Below the pieces are notes generated by a model. The model worked only from the letters and a program-made list of their open reading frames with translations. It was not told the DNA's origin and did not search any database. Of a stretch of 64,000 nucleotides of DNA, positions 20,251 through 29,223 are shown piece after piece. The stretch is from positions 1-64,000 of IMG/VR virus record IMGVR_UViG_3300027714_000011. One strand, written 5' to 3'. The stretch comes from a virus. Position 1 is the stretch's first letter, and each line of letters starts with the position of its first letter. The position numbers and the translations under genes are program-made.

Positions 20251-20276
20251 AAACAAACTCTAATTTGTTTGTATAA
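20251..20276 (+). promoter_or_regulatory. AAAC-N17-TATAA promoter-like motif
   Basis: AAAC 20251-20254, TATAA 20272-20276. Confidence 0.6.
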
Positions 20277-20296
20277 CTATTAAATTATTTTAACAT

Positions 20297-21208
20297 ATGG
20301 AAATGTTTAACAAAAAGGTTCTTAAGGAAAGAATAGGACCTCTTAAGAAAAACGATAAACTTAACGCACTCGAACAAGTAGAGAGATACGTACTTAGAAA
20401 ATGTAAAGAACTTGGATTAGAACATAGTTATGATGTAATAGCAGAAGAGATGCCATACTTTAAAACTATGGGATATACTGAATATGCTACGTGTTTTATG
20501 TTACAGCCCTTAAATTTAAAAATGAGAACTGCTCAGATCAATGATGCATATCACGATAACGTGGATAATGTATCAGATTGGGCTGGTTATTTTAGAGCAA
20601 ATGTTCAAGATAAGGTTGCTAATAAATATCAATCTCGTAAAGAGAATTTTAGTCAATGGCCTGCAAAACCAGTTTTAGTAGTTTTACCAGGATCTAATAA
20701 ACTTAAATCAAACTGTTGTTTAAATAAATTAATAAAGGTTGCTGAAGAAAACAAAGGTAACATTTATTTTAAACCGCATCCTATCACAACACATGCTGTA
20801 ATAGGCGAAATTAAAGATTTATTTGGTGAAGAATCTATTTTACCAAGAGACATTGATCTTTATCACTTCATGCAACAAGCCGAAACAGTATACACTACAC
20901 ATATTAGCGAAAGTGCATTATATTCTTTAGTGTTGGGAAAAACAGTAGAACCAATAGATGTTTGGAACAATGTACATCAAGGTTCATTTTATACTGTAAA
21001 TTCTGCACTATTTGATAATGCTAGCAATGTTGATGAATGGATAAATAGAGTTTTTTCTAGTCCTAAATCAGGTATTATTAATCCAGCATTGGATACGGAT
21101 TGGAAAGATAAAGTAGATAAGTACATGACATATATGTACGAAAAAAGAGAATTCTATAAAGGATGGTTTTTGGACCTTCCACCTAAAGTAAAACGTAACA
21201 AAGATTAA
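20297..21208 (+). CDS. Capsule-biosynthesis-like (GT-B) glycosyltransferase-like protein
   Basis: LVVLPGS...IYFKPHP...VYTTHISESALYSLVLGKTV resembles the C-terminal domain of KpsS/KpsC-like enzymes. Confidence 0.5.
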   Translation: MEMFNKKVLKERIGPLKKNDKLNALEQVERYVLRKCKELGLEHSYDVIAEEMPYFKTMGYTEYATCFMLQPLNLKMRTAQINDAYHDNVDNVSDWAGYFRANVQDKVANKYQSRKENFSQWPAKPVLVVLPGSNKLKSNCCLNKLIKVAEENKGNIYFKPHPITTHAVIGEIKDLFGEESILPRDIDLYHFMQQAETVYTTHISESALYSLVLGKTVEPIDVWNNVHQGSFYTVNSALFDNASNVDEWINRVFSSPKSGIINPALDTDWKDKVDKYMTYMYEKREFYKGWFLDLPPKVKRNKD

Positions 21209-21217
21209 ACCAAAAAA

Positions 21218-21646
21218 ATGCAAAGAAACATTAAATTTAATGAGAATGTCGGAGATGATGGACACTTGGTATCACCAGTATTAAAGAATGGTTGCAAAAA
21301 CTATCTAATCGATATTGATGGAACTATTACAGATGACGTACCAAATGAAGAGCCAGAGAGAATGGCAGTAGTTCAACCTTATAAAGATTCTGTAGAAACA
21401 CTTAACAGGTGGTATGACGAAGGTCATATTGTAACCTTCTTTACATCAAGAACTGAAGAAGTTAGAGATATCACAGAAACATGGTTAAATGAGCACGGTT
21501 ATAAGTATCATGGTTTATTAATGGGCAAACCTAGGGGTGGTAATTACCATTGGGTTGATAATCACATTGTCAAAGGAACTAGATATGAAGGTGTTTGGTC
21601 TGACCTAGTAAAAGAAGAAAGAATGATAGAAGTCTTTCCTTCATAG
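21218..21646 (+). CDS. Small HAD-superfamily phosphatase
   Basis: IDIDGT, FFTSR, MGKPRG, WVDN. Confidence 0.85.
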   Translation: MQRNIKFNENVGDDGHLVSPVLKNGCKNYLIDIDGTITDDVPNEEPERMAVVQPYKDSVETLNRWYDEGHIVTFFTSRTEEVRDITETWLNEHGYKYHGLLMGKPRGGNYHWVDNHIVKGTRYEGVWSDLVKEERMIEVFPS

Positions 21647-21657
21647 ATATATAATAC

Positions 21658-22623
21658 ATGAAGAAGATACGCACATTTAATGATTTTATCAACGAAGCTG
21701 AGGAAGCTCAAGATCTACATAAGATTTATTTAGCATTTGATCCAGATTTGGGACATCGTTTCTGGTCTTATAAAGATTTTGCTGGCGATAAGTTTTTTAT
21801 CAGATTAACACCTGAGACATATAAGGATATAGAAATAAATAAGGATTATCCAGTTCTTACTTATAATTCAGATACTGTGCAAATGTTAATTGATAAGGAT
21901 CTTATTAGTACTGATAATGTGTATAACCTTCCAGAATTTATTAAAAATTCAGGATCTAAGAAAGAATTTCATAAAATAGTTGATGGTGATGATAACATCC
22001 CTAAAACTACAAGTGATCAAGATGATGCAATTAAACTTTTAGGATTTCCAATTATTGCAAAACCAGCAGAAGGACATTCTGGAATTGGTATTGTTATTAT
22101 GAAAGATCAAAAGGAATGGGATGCTACAGACCACGATAAGTTGGATGTGTATTCTCAGTATGTAGATAAAAAATCAGAGCACAGATTCTTTACATTTAAA
22201 GGAGAACCTTTCTTTTGGCAAGAAAGACAACCTACAAATGATAAGTCTAAGAATGGTGGTGGTAATCCAGACGAAAAAATGGGATTCAATTATATTAAAA
22301 GAAACTCTGATAAAACACCACAAAAATATAGAGATCTAATAAAGAGATTTGGTGCAATGTTCTCAGATTTACCTTATATATGTTTTGATATAATGGAAGA
22401 TCAAGATGGTAAATTATACATCATTGAAAGTAACAGTATGCCAGGTGTGCCGTTCGATGCAACTGTTGCAATATATAGAACTCTATTTAATGACTTTTAT
22501 AAAAGAGGCGTGGACGGAAAAACAGATTTAAAATTAAAAGAATATTCGGATTTTATGTGTAAGAAATCAATGACACTTGATGGTGGAGATAGATTTAAAT
22601 TAGGCACAGATCTAGAAGATTAA
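21658..22623 (+). CDS. ATP-grasp (RimK-like) ligase with N-terminal capsid-targeting-like peptide
   Basis: IPKT, FPIIAKPAEGHSGIGI, QYVDKKSEHR, FDIMEDQDGKLYIIESNSMPG; N-terminus MKKIRTFNDFINE. Confidence 0.8.
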   Translation: MKKIRTFNDFINEAEEAQDLHKIYLAFDPDLGHRFWSYKDFAGDKFFIRLTPETYKDIEINKDYPVLTYNSDTVQMLIDKDLISTDNVYNLPEFIKNSGSKKEFHKIVDGDDNIPKTTSDQDDAIKLLGFPIIAKPAEGHSGIGIVIMKDQKEWDATDHDKLDVYSQYVDKKSEHRFFTFKGEPFFWQERQPTNDKSKNGGGNPDEKMGFNYIKRNSDKTPQKYRDLIKRFGAMFSDLPYICFDIMEDQDGKLYIIESNSMPGVPFDATVAIYRTLFNDFYKRGVDGKTDLKLKEYSDFMCKKSMTLDGGDRFKLGTDLED

Positions 22624-22656
22624 TAAAAAGATAAATAGAATTTAAAAAATAAAGTT

Positions 22657-22899
22657 ATGTCAGAGCCAAATATGAATTGTATGATCGTTAACGTGTGGAT
22701 TCACCACATGCAAATAGACGAATTGTTTGATTTTCTAAACGAGAGAATTAACAGTGCACCTTATTATTGGTTGAATGAAGCATCTGTGCCAACTTCAATT
22801 ACTGGAGGATATGTCATGATCTCATTGCCTTATAATTCTTATTCTCATTTATCTTCTAACAGAAACTGGGACGAAGCTCCTGGTTGGATAAAACAATAA
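22657..22899 (+). CDS. Hypothetical protein
   Basis: 80-aa ORF after GATAAATA motif at 22630. Confidence 0.6.
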   Translation: MSEPNMNCMIVNVWIHHMQIDELFDFLNERINSAPYYWLNEASVPTSITGGYVMISLPYNSYSHLSSNRNWDEAPGWIKQ

Positions 22900-22901
22900 A
22901 T

Positions 22902-23012
22902 ATGAAAAAACAGACAGAAATGAAAGCGTTCCTTTTAAATTATAAAGGAACTAAGTACAAAGCAGATACGTTAATAGGTATCGTTTGGAAGTTTATTACT
23001 AAGCGTAAATAA
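22902..23012 (+). CDS. Small hypothetical protein (36 aa, not in ORF track)
   Basis: MKKQTEMKAFLLNYKGTKYKADTLIGIVWKFITKRK fills the gap directly after the previous stop. Confidence 0.45.
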   Translation: MKKQTEMKAFLLNYKGTKYKADTLIGIVWKFITKRK

Positions 23013-23036
23013 ACAAAATTAAAAATTTAAGTATAA
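23011..23036 (+). promoter_or_regulatory. AAAC-N17-TATAA promoter-like motif
   Basis: AAAC 23011-23014, TATAA 23032-23036. Confidence 0.6.
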
Positions 23037-23038
23037 AG

Positions 23039-23066
23039 AACGTCTAGATTATTCTAGGCGTTTTTT
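23039..23066 (+). terminator. Terminator-like hairpin
   Basis: AACGTCTAGA-TTAT-TCTAGGCGTTTTTT. Confidence 0.55.
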
Positions 23067-23085
23067 AGGATTTAAACAATAATAT

Positions 23086-23820
23086 ATGTATACGTTAAGC
23101 GAACTTCAACAGATGATCTTTATCGACATCGAAACCAGTACTCAAAAACAAACGTTCCAGGAGGTCATAGATGATAACCCTGCTCTTGAAGAGTACTGGA
23201 ATATAAAGACTACACAACTTTTAGAAAATCAACCAGAAACACTCAAGGGCTTTACTGATCCGCATAAAATGTGGTCTCGCATGGCAGGACTTTATCCAGA
23301 ATGGGGTAAAATAGTTTGTATTTCTGTTGGTCAATTAAAGTTTGATGAAACAGGATTTCCTAATGATTTTAAAGCTATGTCATTCAGTGGAACCGATGAA
23401 GCTCAGATTCTTAAAGACTTCTCACAAACTGCTGCAAAAATCATGCAGAAATATCCAAAAATGAATTGGGTTGGTCACAATATAAAAGGATTTGATCTGC
23501 CTTATATTATTAAAAGATCATTAATCAATGCAGTACAAGTACCTTCGGCATTTCACTTACATAAACAAAAACCATGGGAAAACTGTCTCTTAGACACTCA
23601 AGATGTTTGGAAATTCGGTGGATGGAATTCTGCTAAATTAGGTTTGATTTCAGAATTATTAGGTATACCTTCTCCTAAAGATGCAATGTCAGGACCAGAA
23701 GTTAATGAATACTATTGGAATGATAGATTAGAAGAAATAAAAACATATTGCGAAAAGGATATTCAAGCTACCGCTAACATCATGCTTAAAATGTCAGGCA
23801 TGGATATAATCGTAAAGTAA
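23086..23820 (+). CDS. DEDD 3'-5' exonuclease (PolB-exonuclease-like)
   Basis: FIDIET, GHNIKGFDLPY, LDT, YCEKD. Confidence 0.9.
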   Translation: MYTLSELQQMIFIDIETSTQKQTFQEVIDDNPALEEYWNIKTTQLLENQPETLKGFTDPHKMWSRMAGLYPEWGKIVCISVGQLKFDETGFPNDFKAMSFSGTDEAQILKDFSQTAAKIMQKYPKMNWVGHNIKGFDLPYIIKRSLINAVQVPSAFHLHKQKPWENCLLDTQDVWKFGGWNSAKLGLISELLGIPSPKDAMSGPEVNEYYWNDRLEEIKTYCEKDIQATANIMLKMSGMDIIVK

Positions 23821-23970
23821 AACATAGAAAGCAATTCAACACATTTCGACATATCAATAGAGGTAGACAGTATGTGCAGATGGTATGCAACGAATATTTT
23901 TATTAGAGAATAATTGTTCGTAACTTTTAAAAATAAACAGCAAATGTCTTTCCCCTTTCAATATAAAGTT

Positions 23971-23988
23971 GTATATTAGTGGTATAAT
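23971..23988 (+). promoter_or_regulatory. Conserved early-promoter-like motif
   Basis: GTATATTAGTGGTATAAT; five near-identical copies upstream of small genes. Confidence 0.75.
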
Positions 23989-24017
23989 TAAAACAGAACC
24001 CTTTAACAGAATACGAT

Positions 24018-24266
24018 ATGGCAAAACAAACACCATTAGAATTTGCAAGAGAATTAGTAGAAAAACACCATGATGTATATCAACTTGAAAGTCTAGCTGT
24101 AGAGCATGCGTTATTAACAGTAGATGAAAAGTTTAAAAGTATTAAAGATTCTTTTGGTGGAAATACTAAAACTAGCATTAAGCTAATGAAGCTATCAAAA
24201 GCATATAAAGAATTATTAGAAGTTAAACAAATACTACATAACCCTTTAACAGAATACGATATATAA
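24018..24266 (+). CDS. Hypothetical protein flanked by 23-bp direct repeats
   Basis: ORF after early motif; AACCCTTTAACAGAATACGATAT at 23997-24019 and 24240-24262. Confidence 0.7.
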   Translation: MAKQTPLEFARELVEKHHDVYQLESLAVEHALLTVDEKFKSIKDSFGGNTKTSIKLMKLSKAYKELLEVKQILHNPLTEYDI

Positions 24267-24269
24267 AAC

Positions 24270-24581
24270 ATGAGCGATTTTAACGACGAAGACTTCAACA
24301 TGGACGACTTCATGAATGAAAGCAATAGCGATTTCGAAATGAAATTGGAAGAATACAGAGATAACATGATGTCTATTGCAATAAATGCAAACTATGATAA
24401 CATTAAAAAGAATGGAATCAATGAGTGGCACCTAAGACACTTGCATGAGGTAGAGCTTATAGATTTGGACAGAACATTCAAAATGATGATTGATTATTTT
24501 GAAGAACATGAAGATTATGAAAAGTGTGCATTTGTCTTAGAGCATCAAAAAAAGATAAGTTCTATTATTAAAGACATGTAG
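24270..24581 (+). CDS. Hypothetical protein with UVR-like EDYEKC motif
   Basis: MIDYFEEHEDYEKCAFVLE. Confidence 0.7.
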   Translation: MSDFNDEDFNMDDFMNESNSDFEMKLEEYRDNMMSIAINANYDNIKKNGINEWHLRHLHEVELIDLDRTFKMMIDYFEEHEDYEKCAFVLEHQKKISSIIKDM

Positions 24582-24592
24582 ATATATAATAC

Positions 24593-24853
24593 ATGAAGAA
24601 ACATATAAAATTATTTGAAGAGTTTAGAGCAGATCTTAAAGATGAAGATCCTCTATTAACTAAAGTAAGACACTTCGGTGGTTCTATTAAAAGTTTAGAT
24701 GATTGGTTACGTAATAAGATTGGTGAAACTAATCCTTATAAAGATACTATAATGGTCAATGGACCTCACATGGGTGAAAAAGATAATTCTCTGCCTTATC
24801 AGGATTTTCAAAATGGTAAGTCAGACTTAGTAAAGAATAAATATGGAAGATAA
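24593..24853 (+). CDS. Probable internal head protein
   Basis: N-terminus MKKHIKLFEEF; late motif 12 nt upstream. Confidence 0.55.
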   Translation: MKKHIKLFEEFRADLKDEDPLLTKVRHFGGSIKSLDDWLRNKIGETNPYKDTIMVNGPHMGEKDNSLPYQDFQNGKSDLVKNKYGR

Positions 24854-25064
24854 ATTAGCAAAAGAACTTATTGTTCAATTAAAAAGGATTGCAGACGCAT
24901 TAGAAAGTTCTAATAAAACATTAGAGACTTCTGAGAAACGATCGGTTATTCTAGAAAAACTACAAGAGAAAAACTTAAGAGCTGACTTAAGAGAAAAACT
25001 TAATATTGAAGAACCTACAACTAGACCATCCCCTAGATTAGAAAAAAATGATGGATCCGTATAA
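24843..25064 (+). CDS. Hypothetical coiled-coil protein
   Basis: 73-aa ORF overlapping both neighbours. Confidence 0.6.
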   Translation: MEDKLAKELIVQLKRIADALESSNKTLETSEKRSVILEKLQEKNLRADLREKLNIEEPTTRPSPRLEKNDGSV

Positions 25065-25854
25065 TATATTAGGAGTAGATAAATCATCTTCACAAGACGA
25101 TATTAAAAAAGCGTATAGATCATTAGCTAAGAAGCATCATCCTGATAAAAACAATGGAGATGATGTTAAATTCAAAGAAATTGCTGATGCTTATGAAAGG
25201 ATAGGGGATCCTTCATCTAGAAAGGATTATGATCAGGCTTCCAATTTTCAAAACTTTAATGGATTCGATGGGCGAGTTAATATGTCCGATGTATTCGATC
25301 AGGTTTTTGGCAATGCATTTGGTTCTAATAAACAATCAACTAAAGGTGATAATCTCAGATTAGATTTACACTTAAGTTTTGATGAAGCATATTCAGGGAC
25401 TAGTAAACAATTCGCAGTAAACGGAAAAGATTTAAAGGTAGATTTTAAACCTGGTTTAAAAACAGGAATGAAACTTAGAATCAGTGGAAAGGGACAACCT
25501 CATCAATACAATAGTACCTTACCAAATGGAGATCTCATAGTCCACATACATGTTATGTTTAGACCAGAATGGATACTACAAGGTGATGATATATGGTTAG
25601 AATTAAATTTACCATGGTATGATATAACGATTGGTACTAAAATAGCAGTTGACACACCAGAGGGTAAGATATACATCAATGTTCCTAAGAATAGTTATCC
25701 TGGAAAAACACTAAGAATTAGGGATAGAGGCTATCCTATATATGGCACAGAAAATAAAGGTGCACTTTTATGTAAATTAAACGCAACATATTCTGACTTA
25801 AATGAGGAACAATTAGAATATATAAAGAAAGTAAAAGACGCTTATGATGGATGA
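25048..25854 (+). CDS. dnaJ: DnaJ-class chaperone without zinc finger (CbpA-like)
   Basis: DPYNILGV...IKKAYRSLAKKHHPDKN J-domain; C-terminal LRISGKG, GDL, LRIRDRGYP. Confidence 0.92.
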   Translation: MMDPYNILGVDKSSSQDDIKKAYRSLAKKHHPDKNNGDDVKFKEIADAYERIGDPSSRKDYDQASNFQNFNGFDGRVNMSDVFDQVFGNAFGSNKQSTKGDNLRLDLHLSFDEAYSGTSKQFAVNGKDLKVDFKPGLKTGMKLRISGKGQPHQYNSTLPNGDLIVHIHVMFRPEWILQGDDIWLELNLPWYDITIGTKIAVDTPEGKIYINVPKNSYPGKTLRIRDRGYPIYGTENKGALLCKLNATYSDLNEEQLEYIKKVKDAYDG

Positions 25855-26110
25855 TAGTTTATTTAGTGGCAAGAATCAGAATTGGTTCAGAGTATTTGAC
25901 AATTTAATTGTTAATGATGAAGACGCGTTTTATAATATGCTCTACATGGCCATAACTAAACATCCTTCATATGTTATAATGTCAGACCTAGAGATTGATC
26001 GCAAAGAGACTATTTTAGGTGTAATGTTAAAACACTTTGAAAACAAAGAAGAATTTGAAAAATGTGCTAGCATTTACAATATAAAAAAACAAATTAAAAC
26101 AATATGCTGA
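25844..26110 (+). CDS. Hypothetical protein with UVR-like EEFEKC motif
   Basis: MLKHFENKEEFEKCASIYNIK. Confidence 0.65.
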   Translation: MMDDSLFSGKNQNWFRVFDNLIVNDEDAFYNMLYMAITKHPSYVIMSDLEIDRKETILGVMLKHFENKEEFEKCASIYNIKKQIKTIC

Positions 26111-26286
26111 TTATAGAGGTAAATAAAGATAACATAGAAAAAGCTCTAAAACAATACAAGAGAAAGGTTATTAATACCAAACAATTAAAAAAACTAAGGG
26201 ATCAGCAGAATTTTACCAAACCATCTGCCAGAAAAAGATTGAAACTCCAAAAGGCTAAATATCTACAGTCTAGATTTCAATCATAA
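26104..26286 (+). CDS. rpsU: Ribosomal protein bS21 (Bacteroidota type)
   Basis: MLIIEV..NIEKALKQYKRK...LRDQQNFTKPSARKR...KAKY. Confidence 0.92.
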   Translation: MLIIEVNKDNIEKALKQYKRKVINTKQLKKLRDQQNFTKPSARKRLKLQKAKYLQSRFQS

Positions 26287-26397
26287 TAATATATTAATAA
26301 ATTATCCTAATAAGAAAAAAACAAATAGGACAATTTATACATTAATATATACAATGTAGAATATACATTCTACCAAAAAAGACAGGTAATTCAAAAG

Positions 26398-26658
26398 ATG
26401 GCAGGCTTTATTTCAAATTCAGATAAGGATAGTTTAATGAGAGCTAGTTATTATCAAATAACTAGAAACTTCACCAAGACAGTGAACAGATTCATCGCGT
26501 TTAAAGATTCTGACAGAATAGTTGAAATACCACACGGTATCAAACAACGTAGTAAATTTATAGATTTAATGATCAAGTATTTTGAATCTCTAGAAGAGTA
26601 TGAGAAGTGCACTAAATTATTAAAACTAAAAGAACTTGTCATAATGGCAGGGGATTAA
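26398..26658 (+). CDS. Hypothetical protein with UVR-like EEYEKC motif
   Basis: MIKYFESLEEYEKCTKLLKLKE. Confidence 0.65.
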   Translation: MAGFISNSDKDSLMRASYYQITRNFTKTVNRFIAFKDSDRIVEIPHGIKQRSKFIDLMIKYFESLEEYEKCTKLLKLKELVIMAGD

Positions 26659-26678
26659 TTATAAAAATAATATTTTAA

Positions 26679-27386
26679 ATGAGTAGAGGAACTGAAAAGC
26701 AAACGAGACAGAGCAAAGGCGGAACAATTGATTCCGGTTTAAAACGAGTTACACTTAGACAATCCCAACACAAATATGTAAAAACAATAGAAGAAAACGA
26801 TATCACATTTTGTTACGGACCAGCAGGAACATCAAAAACATTTACAGCATGTTTCGTAGCACTTAAATTATTACAAGAAAAGAAGATTAAAGAAATTATC
26901 CTTTGTAAGCCCATTCAAGAGGCAGGTGAAAAGTTAGGATTTTTACCAGGTACTAAAGAAGAAAAGATGGATCCTTACATGAATTCGTATGTGTCAAACA
27001 TTACGAAAATCGTAGGAGGACAACAAGCAAAATATTTATTTGATAGTAAAACTATTAGATTTGAACCACTTGCATATATGAGAGGCGACACTTTCGATGA
27101 TGCACTTATGGTTTTAGATGAGGCACAGAACGCCACGTTTAAACAACTGATGTTATTTGTTACTCGTATGGGTAAAAGCAGTAGAGTAGTTGTAACAGGA
27201 GATGTTAGTCAACATGATATCGCTAGACAACATGTTGGTCTTCCTGGTTTTATAGAAATCATGAAAGGCGTAAAAGGAATAGGCGTCCACGTATTTGATA
27301 ACAAAGATATTGTTAGAGCTAAGATTTTACAGGAAGTTGTACAGAGGTATGATGATTGGAAATCTAAAAACGAAAGTAAATTTTAG
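26679..27386 (+). CDS. phoH: PhoH-family ATPase
   Basis: GPAGTSKT, EKLGFLPG, PLAYMRG, LDEAQN, TRMG, GDVSQHD. Confidence 0.95.
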   Translation: MSRGTEKQTRQSKGGTIDSGLKRVTLRQSQHKYVKTIEENDITFCYGPAGTSKTFTACFVALKLLQEKKIKEIILCKPIQEAGEKLGFLPGTKEEKMDPYMNSYVSNITKIVGGQQAKYLFDSKTIRFEPLAYMRGDTFDDALMVLDEAQNATFKQLMLFVTRMGKSSRVVVTGDVSQHDIARQHVGLPGFIEIMKGVKGIGVHVFDNKDIVRAKILQEVVQRYDDWKSKNESKF

Positions 27387-27412
27387 AAACTATTTTACAG
27401 ATTCACATATAA
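27387..27412 (+). promoter_or_regulatory. AAAC-N17-TATAA promoter-like motif
   Basis: AAAC 27387-27390, TATAA 27408-27412. Confidence 0.6.
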
Positions 27413-27428
27413 ATACTAAACACATTAT

Positions 27429-28061
27429 ATGGATCAATATAAAATACTATTAAAACACAGTCACACTGGTGAGCAATCTATTATAGAGATTGGATTAGAC
27501 GAAGCAGGCCGAGGAGCACTTGCAGGTCCAGTTACTGTCGCAGCATGTATTATGCCATTTGGATTTCAACATGAAATCATTAAAGACTCCAAACTATTAA
27601 GTGAACCACAACGAGTAGATGCAAGGCGCATGGTATTAGAGAACGCGTTGGCGTGGTCTGTAGTACACATTCCAGTCGAAGAGATAGAATCTACTAATAT
27701 TTTAAAAGCTACGCTGAATGGCATGAGGGTGTGCTTGGACAACGTTAAAAAAGATCATGATTTTGATTTTATTTTAGTAGACGGAGATCAATTTCATGGT
27801 TACGATGGAATTCCTTTTGAAACAGTAGTCGGAGGAGACAACATATACACCAATATTGCAGCAGCTTCTATTCTAGCCAAAACAGAAAGAGATCTTCTTA
27901 TGAAAGGATTGAGTAGTGATTTTCCAGAATACGGATGGGGTTCTAATAAAGGATATGGCACTAAACAACATAGAGACGCCATCGTAAGCGAAGGAGCAAC
28001 TGATCATCATAGAAATTCATTCATTAGTCACATGTTGACTACAACCAATACTTTATTTTGA
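27429..28061 (+). CDS. rnhB: Ribonuclease HII
   Basis: GLDEAGRGALAGPV, DSK, VDG, GD...IAAASILAK, NKGYGT, HRNSF. Confidence 0.96.
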   Translation: MDQYKILLKHSHTGEQSIIEIGLDEAGRGALAGPVTVAACIMPFGFQHEIIKDSKLLSEPQRVDARRMVLENALAWSVVHIPVEEIESTNILKATLNGMRVCLDNVKKDHDFDFILVDGDQFHGYDGIPFETVVGGDNIYTNIAAASILAKTERDLLMKGLSSDFPEYGWGSNKGYGTKQHRDAIVSEGATDHHRNSFISHMLTTTNTLF

Positions 28062-28402
28062 GATCACTTTTAACAGGAATGCTATTATTCTTTGCTGGAC
28101 AAACCATGATTTGGTTTCAAACTAATGGCCAATTTATATCTCCATGGGCTAAGAAAAACACTATTATAATTTCAGTACTCGGAGGAACTATAATTAGTTA
28201 TATGTTTATTAAGGCTACTGCGTATATTGCGGGATATTATGACGGGGCACTCTGGCCTGGAAGATTCATAGGGTTTTCTTTGGGAATTACATCTTTTGCA
28301 TTTCTAACATGGTATTTTATGGGAGAGGGTATAAACAGTAAAACTATGGTTTCGTTAGGTCTGGCAGTTTTATTAATATGTGTACAATTATTTTGGAAAT
28401 GA
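28058..28402 (+). CDS. Small membrane protein with about four TM helices (DMT-like)
   Basis: Four hydrophobic segments; TTG start. Confidence 0.6.
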   Translation: MRSLLTGMLLFFAGQTMIWFQTNGQFISPWAKKNTIIISVLGGTIISYMFIKATAYIAGYYDGALWPGRFIGFSLGITSFAFLTWYFMGEGINSKTMVSLGLAVLLICVQLFWK

Positions 28403-28653
28403 AAAAATCAAAATTACCTTGGATAGAAAAAGATAAACCGACAAATGTTGTTGTTTATAGAAAGCAAAAAACTAGCAGCACTTATTACATGATAATAACG
28501 AACGTACATGTTGACGTCATCAATAACCTAAGAGCAACTAAACCAATCATCGATCATAAGTATGAAATTGTTGAATTAGGTGTAGGTTTTGCTTTTATTG
28601 AAGAGTGGTCTAATAAGTATAAAATTAAAAATCCTAAAATAATAACAAAATAA
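28399..28653 (+). CDS. Hypothetical protein
   Basis: ATG at 28399 overlapping the previous stop. Confidence 0.6.
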   Translation: MKKSKLPWIEKDKPTNVVVYRKQKTSSTYYMIITNVHVDVINNLRATKPIIDHKYEIVELGVGFAFIEEWSNKYKIKNPKIITK

Positions 28654-28687
28654 AGGCACATATATTTTTTTATGTCAATTATTTGTG

Positions 28688-28705
28688 GTATATTAGTAGT
28701 ATAAT
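28688..28705 (+). promoter_or_regulatory. Conserved early-promoter-like motif
   Basis: GTATATTAGTAGTATAAT preceded by TTTTTTATGTC. Confidence 0.75.
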
Positions 28706-28714
28706 AACAAACAC

Positions 28715-28939
28715 ATGATAAGAAATAAACTACACAAACATCAGGATAATCCAATCGTTATAGATTTGACAGGGCCAGAAGGCAATGCATTTATGTTGAT
28801 GTCATATGCAAAATCGTTTAGTAAAGATCTTGGAAAGAATTATGAAGATTTGCAAAAACAAATGACTAGCGGCGATTATGAAAATTTAATTAAAGTATTC
28901 GATGATGCATTCGGGGACTTTGTAATACTAGAAAGATAA
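28715..28939 (+). CDS. Conserved phage hypothetical protein
   Basis: IDLTGPEGNAF...MTSGDYENL motif recognised from other phages. Confidence 0.7.
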   Translation: MIRNKLHKHQDNPIVIDLTGPEGNAFMLMSYAKSFSKDLGKNYEDLQKQMTSGDYENLIKVFDDAFGDFVILER

Positions 28940-28941
28940 CA

Positions 28942-29160
28942 ATGGAAAATAGATCAATTAAAATTATAGGAACATGGTTCGGTGCAGTACTAGCACTAGT
29001 ATTCATAGGAGTGTTCATGGCTTTACCAACAATGTGGCTGTGGAATAGTTGTTTAGTGCCATCATTAGACGGTGTACGTGTAATAGATTTTTGGCAAGCT
29101 TTAGGAATTAATATATTGTCAAGTATTCTATTTAAAACATCCAATGTTAAACAAAAATAA
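28942..29160 (+). CDS. Small membrane protein
   Basis: MWLWN...IDFWQALG hydrophobic ORF. Confidence 0.7.
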   Translation: MENRSIKIIGTWFGAVLALVFIGVFMALPTMWLWNSCLVPSLDGVRVIDFWQALGINILSSILFKTSNVKQK

Positions 29161-29194
29161 ATCACACCAGATTTTTTTATGTCAAATAAAAGTG

Positions 29195-29212
29195 GTATAT
29201 TAGTAGTATAAT
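29195..29212 (+). promoter_or_regulatory. Conserved early-promoter-like motif
   Basis: GTATATTAGTAGTATAAT preceded by TTTTTTTATGTC. Confidence 0.75.
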
Positions 29213-29223
29213 AAAAACGTAAT

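Noticed and set aside
23821-23970. Possible tRNA or ncRNA in one of the larger intergenic gaps
   Set aside because: No cloverleaf or convincing structure seen; content is explained by upstream promoter elements
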